59,658 nt of DNA, filler included, from Nitrospinota bacterium (GCA_022562795.1; 3 parts of 3 records of this genome joined end to end with filler, not necessarily neighbours in it), one strand, 5' to 3'; counted from the first letter of the whole stretch, positions 49,225 through 59,267 are shown. Program-made: numbers and translations. The notes: a model not told the origin generated them from the letters alone.

Positions 49225-49860
49225 GTGCCTGCCGATCCCGTCCAATTCTCCGACGAAGAGCTCGCCCATCTTCAGGAAAGGGACTTCTTTTACACCCGGA
49301 AAGCCATACGGGAGAAGCTCCGCGGCCTTATGAGCGCCCTCAGAGAAGAGCTCCTGCCTCTGTGCGAAGACTCTGCAGGCTGGCTCGTCCCTGACGGGGT
49401 CGATACCGCCGTCGGACAGCTGGCCGGGGGCGAGTACTACAGGGACCTCCCTTATGTGTACCTTGACATGCCGAAGCACTTCTCACGCGATGCCACGTTT
49501 ACCTTCCGCTGGATGGCCTGGTGGGGCCACTACATCTTCTTCGCCTTCATCTCCCAAGGCCCGACCATGGCTCTCCATACCGAGCGTCTCTTGGAGGCCT
49601 GGGATGCCTTTTCAGCCCAAGGGCTCTTAATCGCCCAGAGCGAGGACCTCTGGGACTGGCGGGCGGAGCCGGGCAACGTCATGCCCATTGAGGAGGGCCA
49701 TCGCGAGGCCGCCTCCGTGCTGCTCGCTCGGTGCCCTTTTCTAAAGCTCATGCGGGTGTTGCCGTTCGACGATCCGATCGTTTCCGAACGAAGAGTACTC
49801 GACGAAGCGGTCGCCTTCTTCACCCTGCTTAAGCCCCTCTTTGCCGCCGAGGACCCTTGA
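49225..49860 (+). CDS. hypothetical protein
   Basis: 211-aa ORF with host-like codon usage; GEYYRDLPYVYLDMP...FRWMAWWGH segment. Confidence 0.7.
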   Translation: MPADPVQFSDEELAHLQERDFFYTRKAIREKLRGLMSALREELLPLCEDSAGWLVPDGVDTAVGQLAGGEYYRDLPYVYLDMPKHFSRDATFTFRWMAWWGHYIFFAFISQGPTMALHTERLLEAWDAFSAQGLLIAQSEDLWDWRAEPGNVMPIEEGHREAASVLLARCPFLKLMRVLPFDDPIVSERRVLDEAVAFFTLLKPLFAAEDP

Positions 49861-49945
49861 GGGCCAGCTTTTGCTGTGGTAGGGTGACCTGCGCATCAAC
49901 CACACCGTCCCACGATACCAATCAACGATAGAGGAGGAACGCCTC

Positions 49946-50677
49946 ATGGCACCGACCGGCGATCTCGCCATCACGTGGCTAGGCCACTCCACCTTCACCC
50001 TCACCACCCCAGGCGGCAAGACGGTGCTCATCGACCCGTGGGTCGAGGGCAACCCGGCCTGCCCCGAGGAGGCCAAGTCCTTCGATGCCATCGACATCAT
50101 GCTCATCACCCACGCCCACTTCGACCACATGGGCGACGCCGTGGCCCTCGCCCAGGCCCATGGTCCTCAGGTGGTCGCGATTTTCGAGATCTCCCAGTGG
50201 TTGGAGGCCAAGGGGGTGGAAAACTGTAACCCGATGGGCAAGAGCGGCACGGTGGAGGTGGGGGGGATCAAGGTGACGATGGTGGAAGCCCAGCACAGCG
50301 CCGGGCTCTTGGACGACGACGGCCGACTCATATACGGCGGCGAGCCGGCGGGCCTTGTCGTGGAGCTTGAGACGGGCCTAAAGCTCTACCACGCCGGGGA
50401 TACGGGCGTCTTTTCCGACATGGCCCTCATCAGCGAGCTGTACGAGCCCGCCATCACTCTGCTCCCCATTGGGGATCGGTTCACCATGGGGCCCCGAGAG
50501 GCCGCCTACGCCTGTAAGCTGTTGAAGCCAAAGCTGGTCATCCCCATGCACTACGGCACTTTCGGGCTCCTTACGGGGACGCCTGAAGAGTTCCAGGGGC
50601 TGGTCGAAGGAATGGACTTTGAAGTGGTTGTGCTCACACCCGGAGCCACCCACACCGTGAGTGGCGGGACGCTCTAG
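49946..50677 (+). CDS. metallo-beta-lactamase-fold hydrolase (UPF0173-like)
   Basis: WLGHS, THAHFDH, YHAGDT, LPIGDRFTMGP and IPMHY motifs. Confidence 0.92.
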   Translation: MAPTGDLAITWLGHSTFTLTTPGGKTVLIDPWVEGNPACPEEAKSFDAIDIMLITHAHFDHMGDAVALAQAHGPQVVAIFEISQWLEAKGVENCNPMGKSGTVEVGGIKVTMVEAQHSAGLLDDDGRLIYGGEPAGLVVELETGLKLYHAGDTGVFSDMALISELYEPAITLLPIGDRFTMGPREAAYACKLLKPKLVIPMHYGTFGLLTGTPEEFQGLVEGMDFEVVVLTPGATHTVSGGTL

Positions 50678-50704
50678 AGCTTCTTTCCCATTTGGAATTA
50701 CGTA

Positions 50705-50738
50705 GGCCCGGGCAGCTCTGGCTGGCCCGGGCTTTTTT
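50705..50738 (+). terminator. rho-independent terminator
   Basis: GCCCGGGC...GCCCGGGC hairpin followed by TTTTTT. Confidence 0.7.
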
Positions 50739-50756
50739 GTGGGGCGGAAGGGGGAT

Positions 50757-51527
50757 TCACCCCTCGGTCGGCGGTGTGGCTGGGGACCGCTCCCGTAAGG
50801 AGCCCTCCTCGATGTACCACCGCATCTGCTGGAAGATGCCCCTAATGATGCGGACTTCCCGATCGGTCAAGCCAGCCCTGCCGAACATCTGGCGTAGCGC
50901 AAACATGATGTGATCGGCGTGAGAGCCCTGGAGGAAGCCTATCCGTTCGAGCTCGGGGCGCATTTGCTCGTACATGGCCTCTAGGTCCGCGTGGGAGGCC
51001 AGCGGCGTCGCCCCCCCGGGAGGCCCGCTCCCCTCGGAGGCCAAGTAGCACTCGTAGCAGACGATGAGGACCGCCTGGGCCAGGTTGAGGGAGCTTACGG
51101 ACGGCTCGGCCGGGATCGTGCATATGCCCTGGCAGAGGGACAATTCCTGGTTGGAGAGCCCCCGGTCCTCGGGCCCGAAGACCAGGGCGACCCGGCTGGC
51201 CGCTCCAACGGCGATCCAGTCGCGGGCTAGCTCGCGGGGCGGCTTCGCTGCGGAGCGCATGGGCCCGCCTCGTCGGGTCGTTGCCACAACATGTCCGCAG
51301 TCGGCCACCGCATCGGCCAAGCTCTCGAAAAGCTCGGCGGCCTCTAGCACGTCCCGGCCCTTCATGGACATCTTCCGGGCCTCGGGGCCGTACCACTCGC
51401 CAGGGTTAACGAGCCGAAGACGGCCGAATCCCATGTTCTTCATCGCGCGGGCAACCGAGCCCACATTGGCCGGGCCTTGGGGCTCGACAAGGACCACGAC
51501 GAAAGCGTCCAGGGGAGTGGCGTTCAC
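50757..51527 (-). CDS. trmJ: SPOUT tRNA/rRNA methyltransferase (TrmJ/TrmH group 1)
   Basis: PANVGSVARAMKNMG, VFGPEDRGLSN and SLNLAQAV motifs. Confidence 0.88.
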   Translation of the reverse strand: MNATPLDAFVVVLVEPQGPANVGSVARAMKNMGFGRLRLVNPGEWYGPEARKMSMKGRDVLEAAELFESLADAVADCGHVVATTRRGGPMRSAAKPPRELARDWIAVGAASRVALVFGPEDRGLSNQELSLCQGICTIPAEPSVSSLNLAQAVLIVCYECYLASEGSGPPGGATPLASHADLEAMYEQMRPELERIGFLQGSHADHIMFALRQMFGRAGLTDREVRIIRGIFQQMRWYIEEGSLRERSPATPPTEG

Positions 51528-51679
51528 GACGGAGGACCTCCGGAGGCCGGGCGGCAGCGGATACGGCCGTCGGCGGCCTCGATGCGGACGGGCAAGAGGT
51601 GCTCGATGACGTGGGCGTTGGTCGTCACGTGGTCGGTGATGGCGTGCGTGGTGTAGACCCCCCCGCCGGCCAGCGCCAG
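51524..51679 (-). other. 3' end of an RNA 3'-terminal phosphate cyclase (RtcA-like), fragment at a chimeric junction
   Basis: LALAGGGVYTT...TDHVTTNAHVIEHLLPVRI resembles the RtcA C-terminus; GTGA overlap with the trmJ start. Confidence 0.6.
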
Positions 51680-51734
51680 TTCACGCGCCGTATCGCCGCT
51701 GGAGACACGCAGCGCCGGGGTGATCCGCCAGCTC

Positions 51735-52150
51735 TCGCCCAGCGCGTGGCGCAGCTTGGGGGTGTATTTCAGCGGCTTGGAAGGGTCGAGTGGGGCCAGG
51801 GTCGCCAGGCGGATCTGGCTGCGCGGCGGCAGCACCCAGCGGATTGGCTTGTCCGGTGCGCCGACGGCGTTCTGCACGCCAGTCAGTTTGAGCTCCACAT
51901 CGACCGGGGCGAACAGGTCGTTGCGCACCACGAGGGTTTCGCCGCCGGCATGCTTGCGGGTTTCCAGCTTTACCTGGGTGTCGAGCTTCTCGACCATTCG
52001 ATCACTGAAGGTGAACACGCGCGCACCCGGTGCAGCCTGGTCGCTGTAGGTGACCACGCCGTTGGCGTCGGTGTACTTGTAGATGGTGAGGGCCGAGGCA
52101 GGCATGGCCAGCCAGAACAACCCAAGAGCAAGAAAGGTGCGCCCCAACAT
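51735..52150 (-). other. 5' fragment of a Pseudomonas-type DUF4124/M23 peptidase gene (probable contaminant)
   Basis: Signal peptide plus IYKYTDANGVVTYSD (DUF4124) and VRNDLFAPVDVEL; the M23 domain is missing. Confidence 0.7.
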
Positions 52151-52315
52151 AACGGCAGACTTCATGTGGTTATGTATTCAGAGGGCTGCAGACTAGCAGC
52201 GCAGCGGTAGATGCGCGAGCCACCGACTGTCAGCCTGTGAAATGGTTCATCGCGCCATCGGCCTTTCCAGACGGTCGGTCGCTTCGCTGTTCTACCCCGG
52301 CTGCCTTGGAAACAG

Positions 52316-52902
52316 CTAGGCGCCCGGCACGAAGTGGCGCTGAGCGGTACCCCGAGCGATCAGCCGGGACAGGTAATCGAGCTTTTGCGGATCGCGATCG
52401 ACGAAGCGAAAGGTCAATTGCAGCCACTCACTGTCCGGCTTGGGTTCCAGCGCTGCGACCGCGTGCAGATAGCCATTGAGGCGTGCCACCTCCCCGCCTT
52501 CGCCCTGCTCCAGATCGAGCACTGCGCTCTCCAGCACCTGCGGTAGCGTCTCACCGCGCCTGACCACTAGCAGCCCCTCTTTGAGACTGAGGGCCTTGAT
52601 GACGCACGCAAGCGTCCCGCTCGCCAGGCGCAGCTGGCCTTGGCCGCGACCGCCACTGGCTGCTGTTGGTTTGGCTGCGCCCGGCTGCACGAGCGGCGCG
52701 GCGAAACCGGGCGCCGGTGACACGGCCGCCGCAGCAGATGCCGGTTTGATGACTTCAGCCTTACCGCCCGTCAACGCAGCCAAGGAATCGTTAGCCATGC
52801 CGGTGTTGGTCGGCCGTGCCGGTGCGCTGGCAGCCAACGCACCGAGCTTGCCGGCCCTTCCAAGGGCCTTGCGGACCTTGGTGGTCAATTGTTCGTTGGA
52901 GA
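52316..52902 (-). CDS. 3' part of a Pseudomonas-type response regulator (probable contaminant)
   Basis: Receiver-domain end SNEQLTTKV; C-terminus WLQLTFRFVDRDPQKLDYLSRLIARG, which I recall from Pseudomonas pho-region regulators (unverified). Confidence 0.65.
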
Positions 52903-53002
52903 NNNNNNNNNNNNNNNNNNNNNNNNNNNNNNNNNNNNNNNNNNNNTTAATTAATTAANNNNNNNNNNNNNNNNNNNNNNNNNNNNNNNNNNNNNNNNNN
53001 NN
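52903..53002. other. artificial contig spacer
   Basis: N44-TTAATTAATTAA-N44. Confidence 0.98.
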
Positions 53003-53625
53003 TTGTTGAGGCTCTTGGCCACATGGGGGTGATCTGACCCCAGGGTCTTTTCAAGAATTGCCAGCGCCCTTTTGTAAAGGGGCTCGGCCTCGGCGTACCG
53101 GCCCTGGGCCTTATAGAGCCCCGCCAGGTTGTTCAGGCTTGTGGCCACATCGGGATGGTCCGGCCCCAGGGCCTTCTCCAAAATCGCCAGGGCCCGCTGG
53201 TAGAGGGGCTCGGCCTCGGCGTACCGGCCCTGGGCCTCATAGAGCCCCGCCAGGTTGTTCAGGATCACGGCCACAGCTGGATGGTCGGGCCCCAGAGCCT
53301 TCTCATAAATTTCCAACGAACGCTTAAAGAGAGGCTCGGCATCGCCGTAAAGGCCCTGAGCGTTGTAGAGCATTGCAAGGCGGTTCAGGCTCAGGGCAAC
53401 GCCCTGATGGTCGGGGCCAAAGGTGTGCTCGGCGACCTTCAGAGCCTCTTTGGCAAGAGGAATGGCCTCACGGTATTTCCCTTGTTGATATAACGCTTCG
53501 ACCTGATCGTAGAGCGCCTGCCAGCGCGCCTCTTGCGCCAACGCGATGGAGCCAAAGGACAATCCCAAGACCACTATCAATGGAATGGTCATGACACTTG
53601 ACATCCGTCGCCTGTTTTGACTCAT
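53003..53625 (-). CDS. secreted TPR protein (kinesin-light-chain-type 42-aa repeats), truncated by gap
   Basis: Repeated LNNLAGLY.AQGRYAEAEPLY.RALAILEK.LG.DHP; near-identical 126-nt DNA repeats; start uncertain. Confidence 0.85.
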
Positions 53626-53801
53626 GGCGAACCTGCTCACATCGTTACTCCAGCCATCAAAGGGTCGAGGCCTTTCCAATCCCTCAAGCCGCCCTACTCC
53701 TCTTGAGCCGGAAATAGACGGGACTGGAAATATGTAATTTCTCAACACGACCGAGGTCGTTCTTAGGTCCTATTCTCAATCCATGGACCAGCAAAGAGCA
53801 T

Positions 53802-54911
53802 TCAGCCCCAGACCGCCCGGGCGGCCTCGACGACCCGCTTGAGCTTCCGCTTCTCGTCTTCGACCGAGATGAGATTGCCGACGATAGAAGTGGAGAACCC
53901 GCACTGGGGGCTCAGCGCCAGGCGCTCGAGAGGTATGAGTCGGCTGGCTTCTTTAATCCGGCCCGTCAGCTCTTCGAGCGGCTCCAGACGCGGCCTCTTC
54001 GTGCTGACCAATCCTAACACGACCGTTTTGTCTTCGGGAACGTCCCTCAACGGCTCAAAGGAGCCCGAGCGCTCATCATCGTACTCGAGCAAGAGCCGCT
54101 GGGCGCGTATCTTCCGGAAGATCGGTTTTGCAATCGAGTCGTAACCGCCTTCGGCCAGCCAGCGGCTCTCCTGGTTTCCGCGACAGATGTGAAATCCAAA
54201 CGAAACCCCCGGGAATTGACCCATCACGGCGTTGTCCATCTCGATCCCCCGGCTGAGCCATTTGTCCAGGCTCCAGCCCTGCTCCTCGTAAAAGGCCCTC
54301 GTTTTGGGGTCGAGCAACAAAGCGTAGTGGGGCGCGTCGAGCTGGATGTAGGTCGCGCCCAGGCGAACTAACTCCGCAACTTCATCTCGCAGAATATCGA
54401 CAATATCGGCCAGGAAGCCCTCCAGCGTCGGATACGCCGAGGCGGAGCGCTCCGGCGACCAAAAGTTCACCCACATGCTCGGGCTCGGAAGCGTAATTTT
54501 TGGCGTTCGGGTCGTGCGGGCCCTCAAATATGTGAACTCCTCGGCCGAGAGGTGGCGCTTGCGGACGAGCTTCCCGACGACCCCCAGCGACGTCGGCCGA
54601 TCTTTGCTCCAATCCCCCACGCTCTCATCGCCGCGCCACTCCCCCCACAAGAAGGCGTCTATATCGTACTCGCCGAAGCCGTCAACGGCCGCCGCCATCT
54701 GGCTCTGGAAGGACAACCGACGCATCTCGCCGTCGGTGACCACTTCGAGACCGGCCTCTTCCTGAAGCGCGATGGCCTCGTCAACCGCCCGGTCCTCGAT
54801 TGCTTTAAACTCCGCCCGGCTCATCCGGCCCGCGCCCAACTCCTCTCGGGCCTTGAGAAGCTCCGGCGGGCGAAGCAGGCTTCCAACGACATCAGCGCGG
54901 GCCGAAATCAT
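53802..54911 (-). CDS. cobalamin-independent methionine synthase II family (single-barrel MetE-like, YxjG/H-type)
   Basis: VVGSLLRP, TDGEMRR and zinc-ligand motifs HICRGN, LEYD, SPQCGF. Confidence 0.9.
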   Translation of the reverse strand: MISARADVVGSLLRPPELLKAREELGAGRMSRAEFKAIEDRAVDEAIALQEEAGLEVVTDGEMRRLSFQSQMAAAVDGFGEYDIDAFLWGEWRGDESVGDWSKDRPTSLGVVGKLVRKRHLSAEEFTYLRARTTRTPKITLPSPSMWVNFWSPERSASAYPTLEGFLADIVDILRDEVAELVRLGATYIQLDAPHYALLLDPKTRAFYEEQGWSLDKWLSRGIEMDNAVMGQFPGVSFGFHICRGNQESRWLAEGGYDSIAKPIFRKIRAQRLLLEYDDERSGSFEPLRDVPEDKTVVLGLVSTKRPRLEPLEELTGRIKEASRLIPLERLALSPQCGFSTSIVGNLISVEDEKRKLKRVVEAARAVWG

Positions 54912-54987
54912 ATTTCCTCCATCAACAATACCGACGATGGACCTTCTCTCCCCTTCATGTGCGTGTCCGGCAACGTGCTCGGCTGTA

Positions 54988-56628
54988 TCACACCTCCGGC
55001 GTGACGGACCGCTGCAAGAGTGAGAATGCGCCGTCTATAACCAGCGCCAGCAGCGCCGCGAGCACGGCCCCCGTCAGGACCTCGGTCATGTTTTGGACCG
55101 AAAGCCCCGCCAGAATCGGTGTGCCGAGGCCGCCGGCGCCGATAAACGCAGCGAGCACCGCTGTGCCGACCGTGATGACCGCGGCGGTGCGAATTCCCGC
55201 CAGAATGACGGGGAGAGCGAGCGGCATTGTGACGTAACGCAACCGCTGCCACCCTGTCATACCCATCCCCTTGGCAGCGTCGAGCACGGGGGGGTCGACG
55301 TCCTCTATCCCCTGCTTCGTATTACGAATGATCGGCAGCAGCGCATAGAGGAACAACGCGGTGACCGCCTCGTTCCATCCGCCGCTGCTGGAGCCGGCGA
55401 AGAGCGGAATCATAAACACCAGAAGAGCAAGGCTCGGAATTGTTTGCAAGATGCCCGCGCCACCGATAGTCACCGCAGCAATTGCTCGGTTGCGAATTGC
55501 CAGCAAACCGAGCGGCACGCCAACCATTATGGCAAACGCCAAGGCGGTAAGCGTCATCGCCAAGTGCTCTCCAGTATACCGGGCCAGCTTGTATCGGTCG
55601 GCGGAAACCATCTCAAAGAAGCTCATCTCCCTGCGGCTTCGGAACCTTGAGGGAGCGGCAGTCCCTTTAGATACAGTGGCTTGTGTCGCCGGCGCAACAA
55701 AACCGCGGTCCAGGAAATCGCGGACGACCTCTTCGACCGAACGACCCGCAACTTCGACCGCGTAATTGAGCCTGCGCATCGTCTCGTCATCGAAGCGGCC
55801 GGAAATCCGCCCAATCACGCCAAGCAGGGCGGCATCGTTGGCGACCTTCGGCCCATAGAGATACGAGGCGTCATAGGGCGGCCAGAAATTCCGGTCATCC
55901 TTGAGCACGACCATGTCGTAGAGGGCGATGAGCCCCTCGGTTGAGTAGACATCGATGACATCCGCCTCGTCGTTCTTGAAGAGCTCATAGGCGAGGCCGT
56001 GTTCGACGCCGCGTGGCGCCCCACCCAAACCGTAGGCCGCCCTAAGGCCATCCCATCCGTCGTCGCGGCCGAGAAACTCGTGCGTGACCGCAAAGCGAAC
56101 GCCCACTCCCGTCGCATGAAGCCTGACCAGGTCGCTTATGGTGGAAACGTTGTGCTCGCGGGCTATGGCGCCGCGCAACCCGAGCGCATAGGTGTTGTTG
56201 AAACCGAGCGGCGGCCCCCAGTAGAGGCCATGTTCCTCTAGCATTCCCCGCTCGACGGCCAGGCGCACCCCGGCCGAAGTGCGCTTCTTAGGCCCACGCT
56301 TGAGCGAAAGCAATGCCGTGCCGGTGTATTCAGGATAAATATCGATTTTGCCGGCTTTCAGCGATTCAAAAAGAATCGCCGTATTTCCCATGTTCATCTT
56401 GCGGATGACCGTTCGTCCCAGGTCGCGCTCAACTAATTGGGCTAAGACCTCGGCAAGGACCACTGACTCCGGAAATTTCTTGGCGGCCACAACGAGAGGG
56501 CGCTCGCGGCCGGCCTCCTGCGCTCGGATGGCCCGGCCGGGCGAGAATGCCAACGCAAAACCGAGCAACGCAGAGAGTACCGCCAAGGGTCGACGACGGT
56601 CACGCACCTTCGCACACCTCCTTCTCAT
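54988..56628 (-). CDS. fused substrate-binding/permease subunit of a quaternary-amine (betaine/ergothioneine-type) ABC transporter
   Basis: IDIYPEYTGT, GFNNTYAL, DD..FWPPY (OpuAC-type SBP) followed by QTIPSLAL and AAKGMGM (permease). Confidence 0.9.
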   Translation of the reverse strand: MRRRCAKVRDRRRPLAVLSALLGFALAFSPGRAIRAQEAGRERPLVVAAKKFPESVVLAEVLAQLVERDLGRTVIRKMNMGNTAILFESLKAGKIDIYPEYTGTALLSLKRGPKKRTSAGVRLAVERGMLEEHGLYWGPPLGFNNTYALGLRGAIAREHNVSTISDLVRLHATGVGVRFAVTHEFLGRDDGWDGLRAAYGLGGAPRGVEHGLAYELFKNDEADVIDVYSTEGLIALYDMVVLKDDRNFWPPYDASYLYGPKVANDAALLGVIGRISGRFDDETMRRLNYAVEVAGRSVEEVVRDFLDRGFVAPATQATVSKGTAAPSRFRSRREMSFFEMVSADRYKLARYTGEHLAMTLTALAFAIMVGVPLGLLAIRNRAIAAVTIGGAGILQTIPSLALLVFMIPLFAGSSSGGWNEAVTALFLYALLPIIRNTKQGIEDVDPPVLDAAKGMGMTGWQRLRYVTMPLALPVILAGIRTAAVITVGTAVLAAFIGAGGLGTPILAGLSVQNMTEVLTGAVLAALLALVIDGAFSLLQRSVTPEV

Positions 56629-57365
56629 TCGAGCGAAACGTGAAGCACGCTTCTAAGGAACGCTTCCACCCACGGGTCGGCGGGGTTTGCACGAAGGTCC
56701 CCGGGTGTAGCGACCTGGACGATCTTGCCCGCGCGCATCACGGCCACCCTGTCGGCCAGCTCCAGGGCCTCCGCAAGGTCGTGCGTCACAAAGACTGCAG
56801 TCGTCTGCTCGCCGGCTAGGAGCGATTTCAGCAGGGTGTGCATCTCCGCGCGCGTCAGCGGGTCCAGGGCGCCGAAGGGTTCATCCATAAGCAGGAGGCT
56901 GGGCCGGGCGGCAAGCGCCCTGACGATACCCACTCGCTGACGCTCGCCCCCAGAGAGCCGGGAGGGCATCCGGTCTCCAAAAGTCTCGGGTGGGAGCCCG
57001 ACCGCTTCGAGGAGCTCATCCACGCGCGCCTCCCTGGTCTCCCGTAGCCAGCCGAGGAGCCTCGGCACGGTGGCCACGTTTTGGCGAACCGTCCAATGGG
57101 GCATCAGTCCAATCTCCTGGATGACGTAGCCGCACGCGCGCCGGTGGGAGATAACGTTGGCATTCCTGAGGTCGATTCCATCAAGCGTGATCGCCCCGGA
57201 ATCGGGCTCCTCAAGGCGGTTGATGCAGCGGAGCGTGGTGGTCTTGCCGCACCCGGACGGCCCGACCAGAGCCATCATCTCGCCCTCCGAGACCGTCAGA
57301 GACAGACCGTCCAGCGCACCGGGGTGGCCGGGAAAATTCTTTACGAGGTTTTGAAGCTCAAGCAT
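56625..57365 (-). CDS. quaternary-amine ABC ATP-binding protein (OpuCA-like, no CBS domains)
   Basis: GPSGCGKTT, GYVIQEIGLMPH, LSGGERQRVG and MDEPFGALDP motifs. Confidence 0.9.
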   Translation of the reverse strand: MLELQNLVKNFPGHPGALDGLSLTVSEGEMMALVGPSGCGKTTTLRCINRLEEPDSGAITLDGIDLRNANVISHRRACGYVIQEIGLMPHWTVRQNVATVPRLLGWLRETREARVDELLEAVGLPPETFGDRMPSRLSGGERQRVGIVRALAARPSLLLMDEPFGALDPLTRAEMHTLLKSLLAGEQTTAVFVTHDLAEALELADRVAVMRAGKIVQVATPGDLRANPADPWVEAFLRSVLHVSLE

Positions 57366-57436
57366 TCTTTTCTCGGAGCGATACTATGTCAAAAAGCCTC
57401 TGGGTTTGGGAAAAGGGCCCCCTAATAAAGCGGACC

Positions 57437-58450
57437 TCAGGCCGGGGCGAGCAAGTTTAAGGAGAAGTAGCCCCTTTCATCCTGCCAGCTTTGGGATAAA
57501 TCAAAGCCGGACTGAGAAGATAGATCGAGAATTTGCTCTCTGCTGTATTTATATGAATTTTCCGTATGAACCATCTCGCCTTGTTCGAATTGGAACGTCT
57601 TGTCCAATTCCTGAATGTGGACTTCCTGGTCACGCTCGCTGCGCAAATACATCTCTATCCGACTCTCATCCGCGTTATAAAAAGCAAGGTGGGAGAAACT
57701 TTTGAGAACAAAATTGCCTCCAAGCTCGCTATTTATTCGCCGAAGAAGGTTCAGGTTGAATTCAGCCGTAACGTTCTTCGAGTCATTATAGGCTGCCTCC
57801 AGTACGGACGCCTCTTTTTGCATATCGGCCCCGATCAACACATAATCACCGCCGCTCAGCTGGCGTCGGATTTCTCGGAGGAAGCCGGTAGCTTCGCTCA
57901 GAGTGAAATTACCGATGTTCGAGCCCAGGAAGAGCACCATCTTTTGCCCCAATATTTTTTCCTGGATTTTCCGAATACCTATTTTATACTCGGCCACGCA
58001 CGCCGTTATTTCAAGCTCAGGGTATTGCCGAATAAGCCGTTTGGATACCCCAACGAGCATCGATTCAGCGAGATCGATTGGGAAGTAGTGTAGGGAGCCT
58101 TGCTCAGCGATAATGGCTTCTATGAGAAGACGGGTCTTTTGGGAATTACCGCTTCCCAGCTCGATGAGCCCAAGATTGCCCGTGGAGTAGCCCGCGATTT
58201 CAGGAGCAAACCTTTCTAGAATTGATAGTTCAGTTCGGGTCAGGTAATATTCAGGCAGATTGCAAATTTCCTCAAATAATTTTGAGCCGGCCTCATCGTA
58301 AAAATATTGGCACGGAATCCGCTTGGGATGCGCAGACAGCCCCTCAAGCACTTCCGTGGCAAAGTCGGATGTAGAGCGAGCTGAATGACTAAATTCAACT
58401 TTCAGCCGTGGTGTCAAGGATGAATCGGCTTCTCTCGGTGAGGAGCACAT
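57437..58450 (-). CDS. egtD: L-histidine N-alpha-trimethyltransferase
   Basis: YFYDEAGSKLFEEICNLPEYYLTRTE, ELGSGNSQKT, FLGSNIGN, AYND..VTAEFNLN and TENSYKY motifs. Confidence 0.92.
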   Translation of the reverse strand: MCSSPREADSSLTPRLKVEFSHSARSTSDFATEVLEGLSAHPKRIPCQYFYDEAGSKLFEEICNLPEYYLTRTELSILERFAPEIAGYSTGNLGLIELGSGNSQKTRLLIEAIIAEQGSLHYFPIDLAESMLVGVSKRLIRQYPELEITACVAEYKIGIRKIQEKILGQKMVLFLGSNIGNFTLSEATGFLREIRRQLSGGDYVLIGADMQKEASVLEAAYNDSKNVTAEFNLNLLRRINSELGGNFVLKSFSHLAFYNADESRIEMYLRSERDQEVHIQELDKTFQFEQGEMVHTENSYKYSREQILDLSSQSGFDLSQSWQDERGYFSLNLLAPA

Positions 58451-58751
58451 TGTGGATGTTGGCTGCCCTTATCAATACTAAGCTCAGATGAAGATGGCTA
58501 AATCCTACCACATCAAGATGCAAGAGGAGAGGGGAAAATTACCGGCCTGTAGTCTGCTCTTGTTATACGGTGGCCTCCCCCTGAGCATACCCAAATCCGA
58601 CAGGCTTTTATTCGGGCCGCGGGCCCTTTTTCCTCAATCCGTCGGTCTCATCATTTAGGGCTTATTTTGGCGGAAAAAATGTGCTAGTGTTAGTATACTG
58701 TAACTTACAGACTCTGCACTTGGTGGACTAGATGCAAAGGGAGGTGGTCTA

Positions 58752-59267
58752 GTGAAGACCAATCGGACATGCACTCGATTGTGGTTTGCATCACTCGTCA
58801 TTGTGGCCGTTGGCTTGGTCGGCTGTCAGGCGGCCTCTGCGCCCCCAAAGGAATGGCTGCCTAGGGCCAAGTCGTGGATGACGGCGCCGGCGCCGCCTGT
58901 TCGGGCGCCATCGGGCGTCGCGTTCGGATTCGCGGGAAACGTGCGCAATGTCTTCTTCGAGTTCGACAAGTCACGCCTGACTAGCGATGCCAGGGACACC
59001 CTCGAGGATAATGCCACCTGGCTCCGCGACCATTCGGACATCAAGGTCCGGATCGAGGGCCACGCCGACGAGCGGGGTAGCGTCGAGTACAATCTCGCCC
59101 TAGGCGAGCGGCGGGCCATGAGAGTTCGAAGCTATCTCATCTCATTGGGGATTGATTCCGCACGTATCTTCACCATAAGCTTCGGCGAAGAGAGGCCTGC
59201 GGCGCGAGGTCACAATGAGAGGGCCTGGGCGAAGAATCGCCGGGGCGAGTTTAAGGTCGCCCAATAG
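58752..59267 (+). CDS. pal: peptidoglycan-associated lipoprotein (OmpA C-like)
   Basis: Lipobox LVGC; FFEFDKS, IEGHADERGS.EYNLALGERRA, SFGEERP and KNRR motifs. Confidence 0.9.
   Translation: MKTNRTCTRLWFASLVIVAVGLVGCQAASAPPKEWLPRAKSWMTAPAPPVRAPSGVAFGFAGNVRNVFFEFDKSRLTSDARDTLEDNATWLRDHSDIKVRIEGHADERGSVEYNLALGERRAMRVRSYLISLGIDSARIFTISFGEERPAARGHNERAWAKNRRGEFKVAQ

Noticed and set aside
51524..52165. 213-aa ORF as a novel fusion protein
   Set aside because: It is better explained as a chimeric assembly of three unrelated gene fragments.
53040..53420. 126-bp direct repeats as a mobile or regulatory array
   Set aside because: They encode 42-aa TPR units within one CDS.
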